DNA from: an uncultured delta proteobacterium
GTDB taxonomy: Bacteria > Myxococcota > UBA727 > VGSZ01
DNA length: 64,000 nucleotides
Assembly: GCA_963775425.1 (NCBI GenBank)
Contig: CAVZJB010000005.1
Coordinates: forward strand, 64,001 to 128,000
Reading direction: 5' to 3'
This document shows, one piece after another, positions 39,939-49,847 of this stretch. Position numbers and translations under genes: made by a program. Each line of letters begins with the position of its first letter. The first letter of the stretch is position 1. The notes under the pieces were generated by a model. It ran no database searches. It was not told the origin of the DNA and saw nothing but the letters and a program-made list of their open reading frames with translations.

Positions 39939-40946
39939 TCAGTCCGCGTGCGCGCGGCTTCGGTACTTCGCCGGCACGTCGTCGACGCTCTTGACGATGT
40001 GGCCGACGCCGTCGTCGTCGGTGTAGACCCAGTACTGCGCCGCCGGCGCCGTCGTCGGGGGCGTCGACGCAGGCGGCGGCGGGGGCGTCGACGCAGGCGG
40101 CGGGGTCGTCGGGGTCGGGGTCGGCGGCGGGATCGTCGGCGTGATCGGGACGGTGATCGGCACGATGACGGGCCCCACCGGGTATCGCGGGACCGTCGTC
40201 GGGGGCGCCGGCGGCGCCGTCGTCGGGGGCGTCGTCGGCGCCGTCGTCGGGGGCGCCGGCGGGGGCGTCGTCGGCGCCGGTTCGTGCCCGCCGACGAGCT
40301 TGACGACGTCGCGGACGACGCCGCCGACCTTCACCGCGCCGAAGGCGGCGCCGGCGACGACGACGACGGCCGCGAGGCCGACGACCACCGCGGCGCCGGT
40401 CTCGAGGCTCGTGCGCGGCTTGAAGCGGTGCACCCTCGTGCCCGCGAGGTAGTCGTGGAGGCAGCGCCGCTCGGGGCCGAGGATGAAGAGGAGGTCGAGC
40501 ACGGCGATGAACGGCCCGACGTAGGGGATGATGCAGAACAGGCCGAACACCCATGAGCGCAGCACGAGCGCGCGCAGCAGGTGCGCCCGCGCCAGGGTCT
40601 CCGCGTGCACGATGCGCACGCCGAACATGCGCATGCCGATCGTCGCGCTGTCGAGCGCGAGCAGCGCCCACTGATAGAGCAACAGCAACACGAGCGCGAC
40701 GAGCCCGAGCACGACGAAGACGGTCCCGAACAGACCGAGCGCGCCGCCGGCGATCTTCTCGAGCGCCGCGTCCCGCGCCACCCCGACGCCCGCGAGGACG
40801 CCGCCGCCCAGGAGCGGCAACAGCCCGATGGCGAGGAGGACTCCCGGCACGCAGGCGAACACCAGGTCCACGCCGGCGGCCGCGGCGCGGGAGAAACGGG
40901 AGGCAGGTCCGAAGTCTTCGCCCACCGTGCTTGAAACGTGCGCCAC
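39939..40946 (-). CDS. RDD-family membrane protein with a Pro/Thr linker and DUF4124-like C-terminus
   Basis: R.AAAGVD, ATIGMRMFGVRIV, RCLHDYLAGTRV; C-terminal WVYTDDDG..H...VP.KYR. Confidence 0.85.
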   Translation of the reverse strand: MAHVSSTVGEDFGPASRFSRAAAAGVDLVFACVPGVLLAIGLLPLLGGGVLAGVGVARDAALEKIAGGALGLFGTVFVVLGLVALVLLLLYQWALLALDSATIGMRMFGVRIVHAETLARAHLLRALVLRSWVFGLFCIIPYVGPFIAVLDLLFILGPERRCLHDYLAGTRVHRFKPRTSLETGAAVVVGLAAVVVVAGAAFGAVKVGGVVRDVVKLVGGHEPAPTTPPPAPPTTAPTTPPTTAPPAPPTTVPRYPVGPVIVPITVPITPTIPPPTPTPTTPPPASTPPPPPASTPPTTAPAAQYWVYTDDDGVGHIVKSVDDVPAKYRSRAHAD

Positions 40947-41110
40947 GCTGAAAAGATCTCACAGACGGCGGGCGACGGCGTCGACGGGTGTAGGCCGGTC
41001 CCGTTTTGTCCGGCGCCCGCGCCGTCCCCGGTGGCGCCGCGCGCGTCCCCGGTGGCGCGCCGCGCGCGTCCCCGGGCCGATGCCGCCGACCGCGCCCTCG
41101 ACGGCGACGC

Positions 41111-41809
<699 letters not shown>

Positions 41810-41886
41810 CGAGGGGGACTCCTGTGGTGCGGATGTTGACCCGGCACGAGCCCGGGCGCGAAAGCGGTTGTGAGCCGGGGCACGCG

Positions 41887-41917
41887 TCCGGGCGCGCCGG
41901 TCGAAGGCGCGCCCGGA
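41887..41917. terminator. 12-bp-stem hairpin between paralogs (terminator-like)
   Basis: TCCGGGCGCGCC-GGTCGAA-GGCGCGCCCGGA; no U-tract. Confidence 0.45.
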
Positions 41918-41918
41918 G

Positions 41919-41966
41919 CCGAACGGATCACCGAACCGATCAGCGAACGGATCGGCGAACGGACGG
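41919..41966. repeat. Four degenerate 12-bp direct repeats
   Basis: CCGAACGGATCA CCGAACCGATCA GCGAACGGATCG GCGAACGGACGG. Confidence 0.75.
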
Positions 41967-41980
41967 GACGGCCGCGCCGA

Positions 41981-42787
41981 TCATCGGCGGCGGCGACGAC
42001 GGCGGACCGAAGCGAGGCCGAGCAGCGCCAGCGCGGCAGCCGGCGCGGCGGCGTCGCTGGCGGTGGTCGCGGCGCAGCCGCCCGTGTCGCCTTCGCCTTC
42101 GCCCTCGCCCTCGCCCTCGCCTTCACCGCCGTCACCCTCGCCTTCGCCTTCGCCTTCGCCTTCGCCGACGTCGCCTTCGCCTTCGCCTTCGCCTTCACCC
42201 TCGCCGATGCTTCCTTGCACGTCGAAGCTGAACGAGTCGACGCCGACGCGATCGCCGCCGCCCGAGCTCGAGCCGTTCACGTCGTTGGCCGCGACGAAGA
42301 TGTTGTGCGTGCCCGGCTGAAGGTTGGTGAGGTCGAAGTGGAACACCGCGACGCCGCTGCCATCGAAGGCCTTGCGCGCGCTGTGGCTGATCTGGTTGTC
42401 GTGCGTGGCGCAGGTGCCGCACGTGACGATCTTCGTGCCCGACTCCGCGATGGAGAAGTCGCCGGCGGTGTCCGTGGAGGCTTCGAAGCCGGCGCAGCGC
42501 GTGCCGCTGCAGCTCCCGGTCGAGCCCGACGTGTCGCCGACGCGCGTGATGGTCAGCGTGACGCTCGCCGTGTCACCGGCGTTGAGCGGCCCCTCGAGGC
42601 CGGTGACCGCGATGGTCGGCGGGGGGGTGTTGCTCCCGTGGCACTGGCGGCAGGTGTGCGCGCTGTCGTCGCCGTCCTCCCCGGAGCGGTTCGCCGGCGG
42701 CCCCGTGGAGTAGGCGAGCGCGGGCGCGGCGGCGACCACACAGGCAGCGACGACGACGAGGACAGGCAAAAGACGACGCATGTTCAT
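41981..42787 (-). CDS. CxxCH / Reeler-like (MXAN_6652-like) surface protein with (GE)n and MYXO-CTERM, paralog 2
   Basis: YSTGPPANRSG...TCRQCH, AGFEAS, ISHS, AANDVNG; GE linker; GGCAAT + TM + poly-Arg. Confidence 0.8.
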   Translation of the reverse strand: MNMRRLLPVLVVVAACVVAAAPALAYSTGPPANRSGEDGDDSAHTCRQCHGSNTPPPTIAVTGLEGPLNAGDTASVTLTITRVGDTSGSTGSCSGTRCAGFEASTDTAGDFSIAESGTKIVTCGTCATHDNQISHSARKAFDGSGVAVFHFDLTNLQPGTHNIFVAANDVNGSSSGGGDRVGVDSFSFDVQGSIGEGEGEGEGEGDVGEGEGEGEGEGDGGEGEGEGEGEGEGDTGGCAATTASDAAAPAAALALLGLASVRRRRRRR

Positions 42788-42985
42788 TCTCTCCTGGGAC
42801 AACGCGTGGCAATGAGACCGGCGACGGCGATCACGGCCCGAGCCGGGGCCCGGACGGCCATCGAGCCGGCACTTTGCCGCACCGCGACGGCGACTGCCAA
42901 CCGCGGCGCGGAGTCGAAGCGGACCGTGCCCCGTCTTCCGCCGCCATTCAGCGATCCGACCGCGCTCACCACCAGCGCGAGACCA

Positions 42986-44512
42986 TCACCGCGACACGCG
43001 ACGACGACGGCGGGGGCGCAGCGCCCCGAGCCCGACGAGGCCGAGCAACGCGAGCGCCGCCGTCGACGGTCCGGCATCGCTGCAATTGCAACCACCGCCT
43101 TCGCCTTCGCCCTCGCCCTCGCCCTCGCCTTCGCCTTCACCGGCGTCGCCCTCGCCCTCGCCTTCTCCCTCGCCTTCTCCCTCGCCTTCTCCCTCGCCTT
43201 CGCCTTCGCCCTCGCCCTCGCCTTCGCCTTCGCCGGCAGCGTCGTGGCACTCGATGCCGTTGCCGACGAGCGGCGGGTTGCACGTGCAGGTGAAGCCGTT
43301 TTCGAGGTCGGCGCAGGTGGCGTCGTTGGCGCAGTTGTCGGTGCCGGCGGCGCACTCGTCGACGCCGGGGGCGCACGCGTCCCCGGTGCCGTCGCCGTCG
43401 GCGTCTTCCTGGCCAGGGTTCGGCGCGGTGACGCAGTTGTCGCAGGCGTCGCCGACGCCGTCGTGGTCGGTGTCGTCCTGGTCGCCGACGCCCGCGGTGC
43501 CCGCCTGCGCGGCGCCGTTTTCGACCGTGGGGCAGTTGTCGCACGCGGTGCCGATGCCGTCGTTGTCGGCGTCGTTCTGCGCGACGTCGGTGGCGAGGGG
43601 GCAGTCGTCGCTCACGCCGTTGAAGCACACGTCTCCGGCGGGCGCGGGCTCGTTCGGGCCGTCGCAGAAGCCGTCGCCGTCGGTGTCGGCGAGGAGCGGA
43701 TCGGTGCCGGCGGCGGCTTCGGCGGCGGCGTCGAGGCCGTCGCCGTCGGGGTCGGGGTCGCAGATGTCGCCGGTGCCGTCGCCGTCGAGGTCGCTCTGGT
43801 CGGGGTTCGCGTCGCCGGGGCAGTTGTCGCAGGCGTCGCCGACGCCGTCGCCGTCGCCGTCGGCCTGGTTGTCGTTGGCGTCGTTCGGGCAGTTGTCGCA
43901 GGCGTCGCTTTCGGCGTCACCGTCCGCGTTGGCGGTGCCGCACACGTCGAAGGTGACGGTGGCGGTGGTGGGGCGGTCCCCGGTGGTGCTGCCGCCGTCG
44001 ACGTCGTTGGCGGCGATGAACAGCGTGTGGTGCCCGGGCTGGAGGTCCGTGAGGTTGACGTCGAAGTGCGCGTCTCCGTTTCCATCGAACGGGTTGCGCG
44101 TGGAGTGCGTGATGACGTTGTCGTGCGGCTTCTGGGTCGCGACGAACGCGAGCCGCTCCCCGGTGCCGGCGACGAAGTCGCCCGCGGAGTCCGTGGACAC
44201 CTCGAAGCCCGCGCAGCGGTTCGGGCACAGGTTGCCGATGTGCTGCGTGATGTCGTTGGAGTGGATGTTCACCGTGAACACCAGGCTCTGACCCGGGTCG
44301 TGCGGCCCGGCGACGCCGTCGACGGTGATGTCCGGCGTGGGGGTGTGCGCCGCGTGGCAGCGGACGCAGAAGTTCTGCCCGCTGTTGGCGCAGCTCTCGC
44401 CGGGCTCGTTGGTGCACACGGCGGGGGCGCCGCTGGAGTTGGCGTGGGCGGCGCCGTCGATACCGACGAGGACGACGACGAGGACGGCGGCGATGAGATA
44501 CGGGGTGCGCAT
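42986..44512 (-). CDS. CxxCH / Reeler-like + thrombospondin type-3 repeats + Ca-EGF + (GE)n + MYXO-CTERM surface protein, paralog 1
   Basis: NSSGAP...FCVRCH; DACDNCP...NQADGDGDG repeats; VDECAAGTDNC...C.D..NGFTCTC; GGGCNC + TM + Arg tail. Confidence 0.88.
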   Translation of the reverse strand: MRTPYLIAAVLVVVLVGIDGAAHANSSGAPAVCTNEPGESCANSGQNFCVRCHAAHTPTPDITVDGVAGPHDPGQSLVFTVNIHSNDITQHIGNLCPNRCAGFEVSTDSAGDFVAGTGERLAFVATQKPHDNVITHSTRNPFDGNGDAHFDVNLTDLQPGHHTLFIAANDVDGGSTTGDRPTTATVTFDVCGTANADGDAESDACDNCPNDANDNQADGDGDGVGDACDNCPGDANPDQSDLDGDGTGDICDPDPDGDGLDAAAEAAAGTDPLLADTDGDGFCDGPNEPAPAGDVCFNGVSDDCPLATDVAQNDADNDGIGTACDNCPTVENGAAQAGTAGVGDQDDTDHDGVGDACDNCVTAPNPGQEDADGDGTGDACAPGVDECAAGTDNCANDATCADLENGFTCTCNPPLVGNGIECHDAAGEGEGEGEGEGEGEGEGEGEGEGEGEGEGDAGEGEGEGEGEGEGEGGGCNCSDAGPSTAALALLGLVGLGALRPRRRRRVSR

Positions 44513-44550
44513 GGGGCCGCGACTCTACCCCGGTGCGCTCCGCGCGCCCA

Positions 44551-45657
44551 TCAACCGAACAGCTCTTTCACCTTGTCGAAGAACGACTTGTGCTCGGGGT
44601 GCACGTCGTCGCCGCTGGCGGCGGCGAACTTCTCGAGGTGGTCCTTCTGCTCGTCGTTCAAGTCGCGCGGGACCTCGATGCGCACGCGCACGAGCTGATC
44701 GCCGCGGCCGGAGCCGCGCAGCAGCGGGATGCCCTTGCCCTTCAGCCGGAACACGGCGCCGGGCTGGGTGCCCGCGGGGATCTTCATCTGCACCTTGCCG
44801 TCGAGCGTGGGCACCTCGAGCGCGCAGCCGAGCGCCGCCTGCGGGAACGACAGCGGCAGCTCGCAGAGCACGTTTTCCTCGTCGCGCTGAAAGAGCGGGT
44901 GCGGCTTGATGGACAAGACCACGTAGAGGTCGCCGCGCGGCCCGCCGCTCCTGCCGGCCTCGCCTTCGCCGACGAAGCGCAGCCGGGTGCCGTCGTTCAC
45001 GCCCGGGGGCACCTTCACCGACAAGGTGCGCTCGAGCTCGCGCTGGCCGCGGCCGCGGCAGTCCTCGCAGGGCTTGTCGACGATGCGGCCGGCGCCGCCG
45101 CAGGCGGGGCAGGTCTTGGCGATGGCGAAGAAGCCCTGGCTCACCCGGATCTCGCCGGCGCCGCCGCAGGTCTGGCACACCTTGGGCTTGCTGCCGGGCT
45201 TGGCGCCGGAGCCCGCGCACGTCGAGCACTCCTCGAGGCGCGGGATGGTGACCTCCTTGGCGGCGCCGAAGGCGGCCTCCTCGAAGGTGACCTCGAGGTG
45301 GTAGCGCAGGTCGCTGCCGCGCATGGCGCCGCCGCGGCGGCGGCCGCCTCCGAAGAGGTCGCCGAAGATGTCCCCGAAGATGTCCTGGATGTTGACCGCG
45401 CCGCCGCCGAAGCCCCCGAAGCCGCCCATGTCGCCGCCGGCGTGGCCGAAGCGGTCGTAGTGGGCGCGCTTTTCGGGGTCCGAGAGCACCGCGTATGCCT
45501 CGGAGGCCTCCTTGAATTTCTCCTCGGAGGCCTTGTCGCCGTCGTTCTTGTCCGGGTGGTGCTCGTGCGCGAGCTTGCGATACGCCTTCTTGATGGCGCG
45601 GTCGTCCGCGTCTTTCGAGACGCCGAGCACTTCGTAGTAGTCGCGCTTTTCAGCCAT
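44551..45657 (-). CDS. dnaJ: Chaperone DnaJ
   Basis: [11 protein letters not shown]-domain with HPD, G/F-rich region, four CxxCxGxG zinc-finger repeats, C-terminal domain. Confidence 0.97.
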   Translation of the reverse strand: MAEKRDYYEVLGVSKDADDRAIKKAYRKLAHEHHPDKNDGDKASEEKFKEASEAYAVLSDPEKRAHYDRFGHAGGDMGGFGGFGGGAVNIQDIFGDIFGDLFGGGRRRGGAMRGSDLRYHLEVTFEEAAFGAAKEVTIPRLEECSTCAGSGAKPGSKPKVCQTCGGAGEIRVSQGFFAIAKTCPACGGAGRIVDKPCEDCRGRGQRELERTLSVKVPPGVNDGTRLRFVGEGEAGRSGGPRGDLYVVLSIKPHPLFQRDEENVLCELPLSFPQAALGCALEVPTLDGKVQMKIPAGTQPGAVFRLKGKGIPLLRGSGRGDQLVRVRIEVPRDLNDEQKDHLEKFAAASGDDVHPEHKSFFDKVKELFG

Positions 45658-45708
45658 GCTCACCATGGGGGAGTCCGCCCGCGCAACGTAGGCTCCGCAC
45701 CGCCGACG

Positions 45709-46842
45709 TCAACCCTGGGGCTGCAGGATGCGGTCGAGCGCTCCAGCGACGAGATCCACCGTGGACGCCGCGAGCTTCCCGTCCGTCAGGAGGTGGTGGT
45801 CGGCGCCCTTCACCTCGATGAAGGCGTCGGGGGCGAGGGCGCGGATGCGGACGCGGTCCTTGTCGCCGTACTGGACGTCCTTGTCGCCGAGGACGACGAC
45901 CTTGGGCGCCGGCACGGCGTCGACGAGCGCGGCGGTCCGCCCCGTGAGGTCCATCCATCCCTTCCAAAACGCGATGGTCGCGCCCTGCACGCGCGCGGTC
46001 GGTGCGAACCTGCCTGCCTTGATGGAGCGCAGCTCTGCCTGCCGGGTGCCTGCGAGGTTCTTCAGTTGGTTGGCCTCCTCGAGCAGCGTCGCCTTCTGCG
46101 CCGGATCCTTCGCGCTCCTGGCCGCGCGCTCGGCCTGGCGCGTGCGCGCCTTGAGCCCCTCGACGATGACGTCGTCGATGGCCCGGGGGATGGGCGCCGC
46201 CAGCACGATGGCCGCCGCCTCCTTCGCGCACGTCGACGCCAGCGCCACCTGTGCGGCCTGCGCGTGCGCGAAGAGCACGATGCGCCCGTCGAAGCCGGGC
46301 TCGTCCTTGACGAGCGCACAGGCGGCGTCGACGTCCTTCTCGAGGGCGCCCGGGCCCTCGGCGTCGATGTCGTCCTGGGGGTTCTTGGCGCAGAGCGGGT
46401 CGTCGTTGGGGCCGCAGGTGCGCTTGTCCCAGGTGAGGACGTTCATCCCGCGGGCGGCGAGGGCGTCCGCCCAGGCGAGCGAGACGTCGACGGGCTCCTG
46501 GTAGCGGGTGACGCCGTCGCCGGCGCGCGTGCCCTTGCGCGAGATGTCGCTCGAGCCGGGGACGATGAGCACGGCGGGGCCCTTGCCGCTCGCGGTGCGG
46601 AAGACGTCGGGGTGCGCGAGCAGCGCGCCGAGGTGGGCCTCCTGGTCGCCGACCGCCACCGTGATGGTGCGGTCCTCGTGGATGACCTGCACCGGCGGCG
46701 GCGGCGGTCCTTCGCCCTCGGGTCCGCCGAGGTGCGGACCGGCGCCGCGCGTGCCCGGGCAGCCGGCGAGCGCGACGGCGGCGACGACGGCGACGACGGT
46801 GACGACGACGACGACGACGGCGGGCCGGGGGGCGCGTCTCAC
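45709..46842 (-). CDS. Alpha/beta-hydrolase-fold lipoprotein lacking the catalytic Ser
   Basis: Lipobox LAGC; PAVLIVPGS, WDKR, AHAQA at the GxSxG position, GDKD, GADH; GTGA overlap. Confidence 0.75.
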   Translation of the reverse strand: MRRAPRPAVVVVVVTVVAVVAAVALAGCPGTRGAGPHLGGPEGEGPPPPPVQVIHEDRTITVAVGDQEAHLGALLAHPDVFRTASGKGPAVLIVPGSSDISRKGTRAGDGVTRYQEPVDVSLAWADALAARGMNVLTWDKRTCGPNDDPLCAKNPQDDIDAEGPGALEKDVDAACALVKDEPGFDGRIVLFAHAQAAQVALASTCAKEAAAIVLAAPIPRAIDDVIVEGLKARTRQAERAARSAKDPAQKATLLEEANQLKNLAGTRQAELRSIKAGRFAPTARVQGATIAFWKGWMDLTGRTAALVDAVPAPKVVVLGDKDVQYGDKDRVRIRALAPDAFIEVKGADHHLLTDGKLAASTVDLVAGALDRILQPQG

Positions 46843-47336
46843 GCCGCTTCCCCGTCGAGGTCGCGGGGGGCCGCGCGGAAGGCGGCGCCGACGTCGAGGA
46901 CCTCGAGGCTCCCCTCGCCCGCGGAGAAGTCGGCGCCGTCTGCGAGGCCGGTGAGCTCCTGCAGGCCCTCGCCGACGAGCGGCCGCCCGCCGACGAAGAC
47001 GATGAGGCTGAGCGCGCCCTCGCCTGCGCCGTTGACGACGACGCCGGCGGCGGCCTTCAGGTGGCGCATGGCGAAGGTGAACACGTCGGAGCCCACGAAC
47101 CCGATGTCCTTGACGTCGTGGCCGCACAGCACGAGGCCGCGCACGAGGCCGTCGCGGGCGGCGAGGGAGTCGCCGTCGTCGCCGCGGGCCACGACCACGA
47201 CGCTCTTGCCGCCGGAGGTGCGCCGGCGCACCAGGGTGCCGAGCGCGCGTCCGAGGCGCGCCGACGCGCCGGCGTCGAGGTGTTGCACGTCGCCGCGGAG
47301 GCTCGAGCCGCGCAGGAGGGTGGCGAACGCCGTCAT
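46839..47336 (-). CDS. Stand-alone phosphomannomutase/PGM domain-I-like protein, degenerate
   Basis: LRG, VVVARG, LVRGL...G.DVKDIG...VFTFAM; the TASHN phosphoserine loop is replaced by VNGAG; only 165 aa. Confidence 0.65.
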   Translation of the reverse strand: MTAFATLLRGSSLRGDVQHLDAGASARLGRALGTLVRRRTSGGKSVVVVARGDDGDSLAARDGLVRGLVLCGHDVKDIGFVGSDVFTFAMRHLKAAAGVVVNGAGEGALSLIVFVGGRPLVGEGLQELTGLADGADFSAGEGSLEVLDVGAAFRAAPRDLDGEAA

Positions 47337-47393
47337 GCGGCGGGTGCTAGCACGGCGCGCGGAGCGGCGCGACGGCGGCGTCGGCGGCGCGCG

Positions 47394-48611
47394 TCAGTCG
47401 GGCACGGACGCCGGCTCGGCGTGCGCGTGGGCGTCGGTGTGCAGGAGCATCACGTAGGTCTTGAGCTTGATGTCGAAGGGGACGTCGACCTGGAAGCCCT
47501 TGGGCGTGATGTCGAAGCCGGCGCCGGTGAGGAGCGCGGTGGGCGGCACCATGGTCCACGTCGCGCGGAAGCGCCACGTCGAGCTGAAGCTGCGCCCGTG
47601 GTGCACGCGCGCCGGCGGCGGGTCGCGCATGGCGTCGACGGCGGTGGTGATGGCGTCCTTCACGCCCTCGTCGATGCCCGGGTGCCCCGACGACAGCGGG
47701 AGCTCGACGGTGACCACCTTGCCGTCGGGGCCCTGCGTGAGGACCACCTCGGTGATGGCGTGGAAGCGGAACGCGCCCCTGCGGCTGCGCATGAGCTCGC
47801 GCAGGCGCTCGATGCGCCTGGGCTCGAGCGACGGGCGCTCGCCCTGCGCGTACTGCTTGGCCAGGTCGAGGTACGCGAGCCACATCTCGTTCCACGCCAC
47901 GCGGCCGTCGTCGTCGACGAAGCCCTTGAGCATGCCGAGCTGCGTGACGGCCTTGCCACCGTCGTTGAGCTCCTTCATCGCCGGGCGCCAGTTGGTCTCC
48001 ACGCGGTTCTTCAGCTCGCGGAAGTAGTCGTCCGCGAGACCGACGGTGACCTCGTCGTCGCTCAGGTCCGTCTCGAGGTACCGGCGCGCGTTCGTCGCCG
48101 CGCGCCGGGCGTCGCTCATGGGGCCGTCCGCGCGGGCGTCGAGCGATCGCTCGAGGGTGGTGGCCGACGGACCGAGCGCGCCGCCGGTGCCGAGGATCTT
48201 GCCGATCACGCCGTCGCCCTTCGGGAGACGCACCAGGCTCTCGCCCCCGTTGTCGTCGACGGCGGGCGGCGCCGCCGCCACCGGCGCCTCGACGTGATCT
48301 GCCTCGGGGCTCGTCGTCGCCGGTGTCGTCGTCGGCGGGGGCGTCGCCGGGGGCGTCGTCGTCGTCGGCGGCGCTGTCGTCGGGGGCGTCGCCGGCGGGG
48401 GCGGCGTCGTCGTCGGCGCTGTCGTCGGGGGCGTCGCCGGCGGGCGCCCTTCAGCCCGGCGCGGCGTCACGATCTCCACCTCGACCACCTGCCGCTCCCC
48501 CTCGTGAAACATGCGGCGCGTGGGCGTCCAGGCCGCGACCACGAGGAGCGCCGCGTGCACCGCCAGGGCGCCGGCGAGGGCGGCGAGGTCACGGCGGCGT
48601 TGGGCGCGCAT
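47394..48611 (-). CDS. TonB/TolA-like single-pass membrane protein
   Basis: N-terminal TM with ALAVHAA (SxxxH-like), Pro/Thr-rich spacer, C-terminal Y...LK.RVETNW and SSGHPGIDE TonB-C-like motifs. Confidence 0.65.
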   Translation of the reverse strand: MRAQRRRDLAALAGALAVHAALLVVAAWTPTRRMFHEGERQVVEVEIVTPRRAEGRPPATPPTTAPTTTPPPPATPPTTAPPTTTTPPATPPPTTTPATTSPEADHVEAPVAAAPPAVDDNGGESLVRLPKGDGVIGKILGTGGALGPSATTLERSLDARADGPMSDARRAATNARRYLETDLSDDEVTVGLADDYFRELKNRVETNWRPAMKELNDGGKAVTQLGMLKGFVDDDGRVAWNEMWLAYLDLAKQYAQGERPSLEPRRIERLRELMRSRRGAFRFHAITEVVLTQGPDGKVVTVELPLSSGHPGIDEGVKDAITTAVDAMRDPPPARVHHGRSFSSTWRFRATWTMVPPTALLTGAGFDITPKGFQVDVPFDIKLKTYVMLLHTDAHAHAEPASVPD

Positions 48612-48800
48612 CGCCGCCGATCCTATCGACAAACCGCCGCGACCCTGCGGGCGCCGGTCACGCCGCCCGCGCGGCCGACGGCGCGCCGGTGTCCGTGCGG
48701 GCGTTGCCCCGGGGCCGCGCGCTGCGCACCGCCGGTGCGACCCGCGCTCGCGGCGACGGCGGCCGTCGTCTCAGGCGGTTCTCGATGCTACCGTCGTCAC

Positions 48801-49223
48801 GTGAGCGATGAGCTGGTCAGGAACGTGGCGTCGGCGCTCGCGCCCATCGAAGGCGTGCGCGTCGCATACGTCTTCGGTTCGCAGGTGACCGGGCGCGCCA
48901 CGCCGCGCAGCGATCTCGACGTCGCGGTCGCCTACGCGCGCGCGCTCGACGCTGCGGGACGCGAGGACGCGCGTCGCGCCGCCGTCGCCGCGCTCACGGA
49001 CGCCCTTGGCCGCGTCGGGGAGCGCGCCGACCTCGCGGACCTCGAGCGCTGCGACAGCGGCGTGGCTTTCCGCGCGATTCGCGACGGAGCCCTCGTGCTC
49101 GCTCGCTCCGAGCGCGAGCGAATCGACGTAGAGTGCCTCGTCGTCCGGCGCTATGACGACGATGCCCCTCGGCGCGCGCTCTACCTCGAAGCGGCCCGGA
49201 GGCTCGCGCATGGTCGCCCTTGA
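48801..49223 (+). CDS. mntA: MntA-type minimal nucleotidyltransferase antitoxin
   Basis: GS-X10-DxD motif (FGSQVTGRATPRSDLDVAV); GTG start with TGC-TACCGT 6 nt upstream. Confidence 0.9.
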   Translation: MSDELVRNVASALAPIEGVRVAYVFGSQVTGRATPRSDLDVAVAYARALDAAGREDARRAAVAALTDALGRVGERADLADLERCDSGVAFRAIRDGALVLARSERERIDVECLVVRRYDDDAPRRALYLEAARRLAHGRP

Positions 49224-49647
49224 CGCTGTCGTCGTCGGTCGGCGCCTGCTCGCGCTGAACGAGGCCCTGGAGGAGCTGTCGCGACCCGAGGCCGGAGACC
49301 CAGCGCGCCTCATCGCAGACCGAGTCCTGCGCGCCGCCGTGGAGCGCTGGCTCCAGGTCGCCATCGAGGCCTGCATCGACGTCGCCGACCACGTCATCGC
49401 CGCCGAGGGCTGGACGCCGCCCGAGAGCGGCCGCGCCGCCATGATGGCCCTCGCGGGCCACGGCCTCATCTCCGCCGACCTCGCCCGCAACCTTGCGCTC
49501 GCCGTCGGGATGCGGAACCTCCTCGTGCACCAATACGCGAGCGTGGATCTCACGCTCGTCGCGCGCGCCGTGCGCGAGGATGTCGGCGATCTCCAGGCGT
49601 TTGCCGGTACTGCGGCGTCGTGGCTGGCGCCCGCGAGCTCACCCTGA
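49210..49647 (+). CDS. hepT: HepT-type HEPN (DUF86) RNase toxin
   Basis: AVER.LQVAIEACID and RX4HXY motif (RNLLVHQY); overlaps mntA. Confidence 0.92.
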   Translation: MVALDAVVVGRRLLALNEALEELSRPEAGDPARLIADRVLRAAVERWLQVAIEACIDVADHVIAAEGWTPPESGRAAMMALAGHGLISADLARNLALAVGMRNLLVHQYASVDLTLVARAVREDVGDLQAFAGTAASWLAPASSP

Positions 49648-49847
49648 GCGTGTCGCCGGTGACGAGAGCGGCTCTTGCGGCTCGCGCAAAGACCGACTGG
49701 CTCTCGTCGACGGCGCCGCGACGTGGCTGCAGCCATCCTCGCGTTGGCGCAGAGCGCGTCGACGAGTGCGCTGACGCTAGCGCTCTGAGCGCATGCCGCG
49801 ATGCGTGCTTCGATGGTGAAACGAGCCGGATCTGCACTCGCGCTTGA

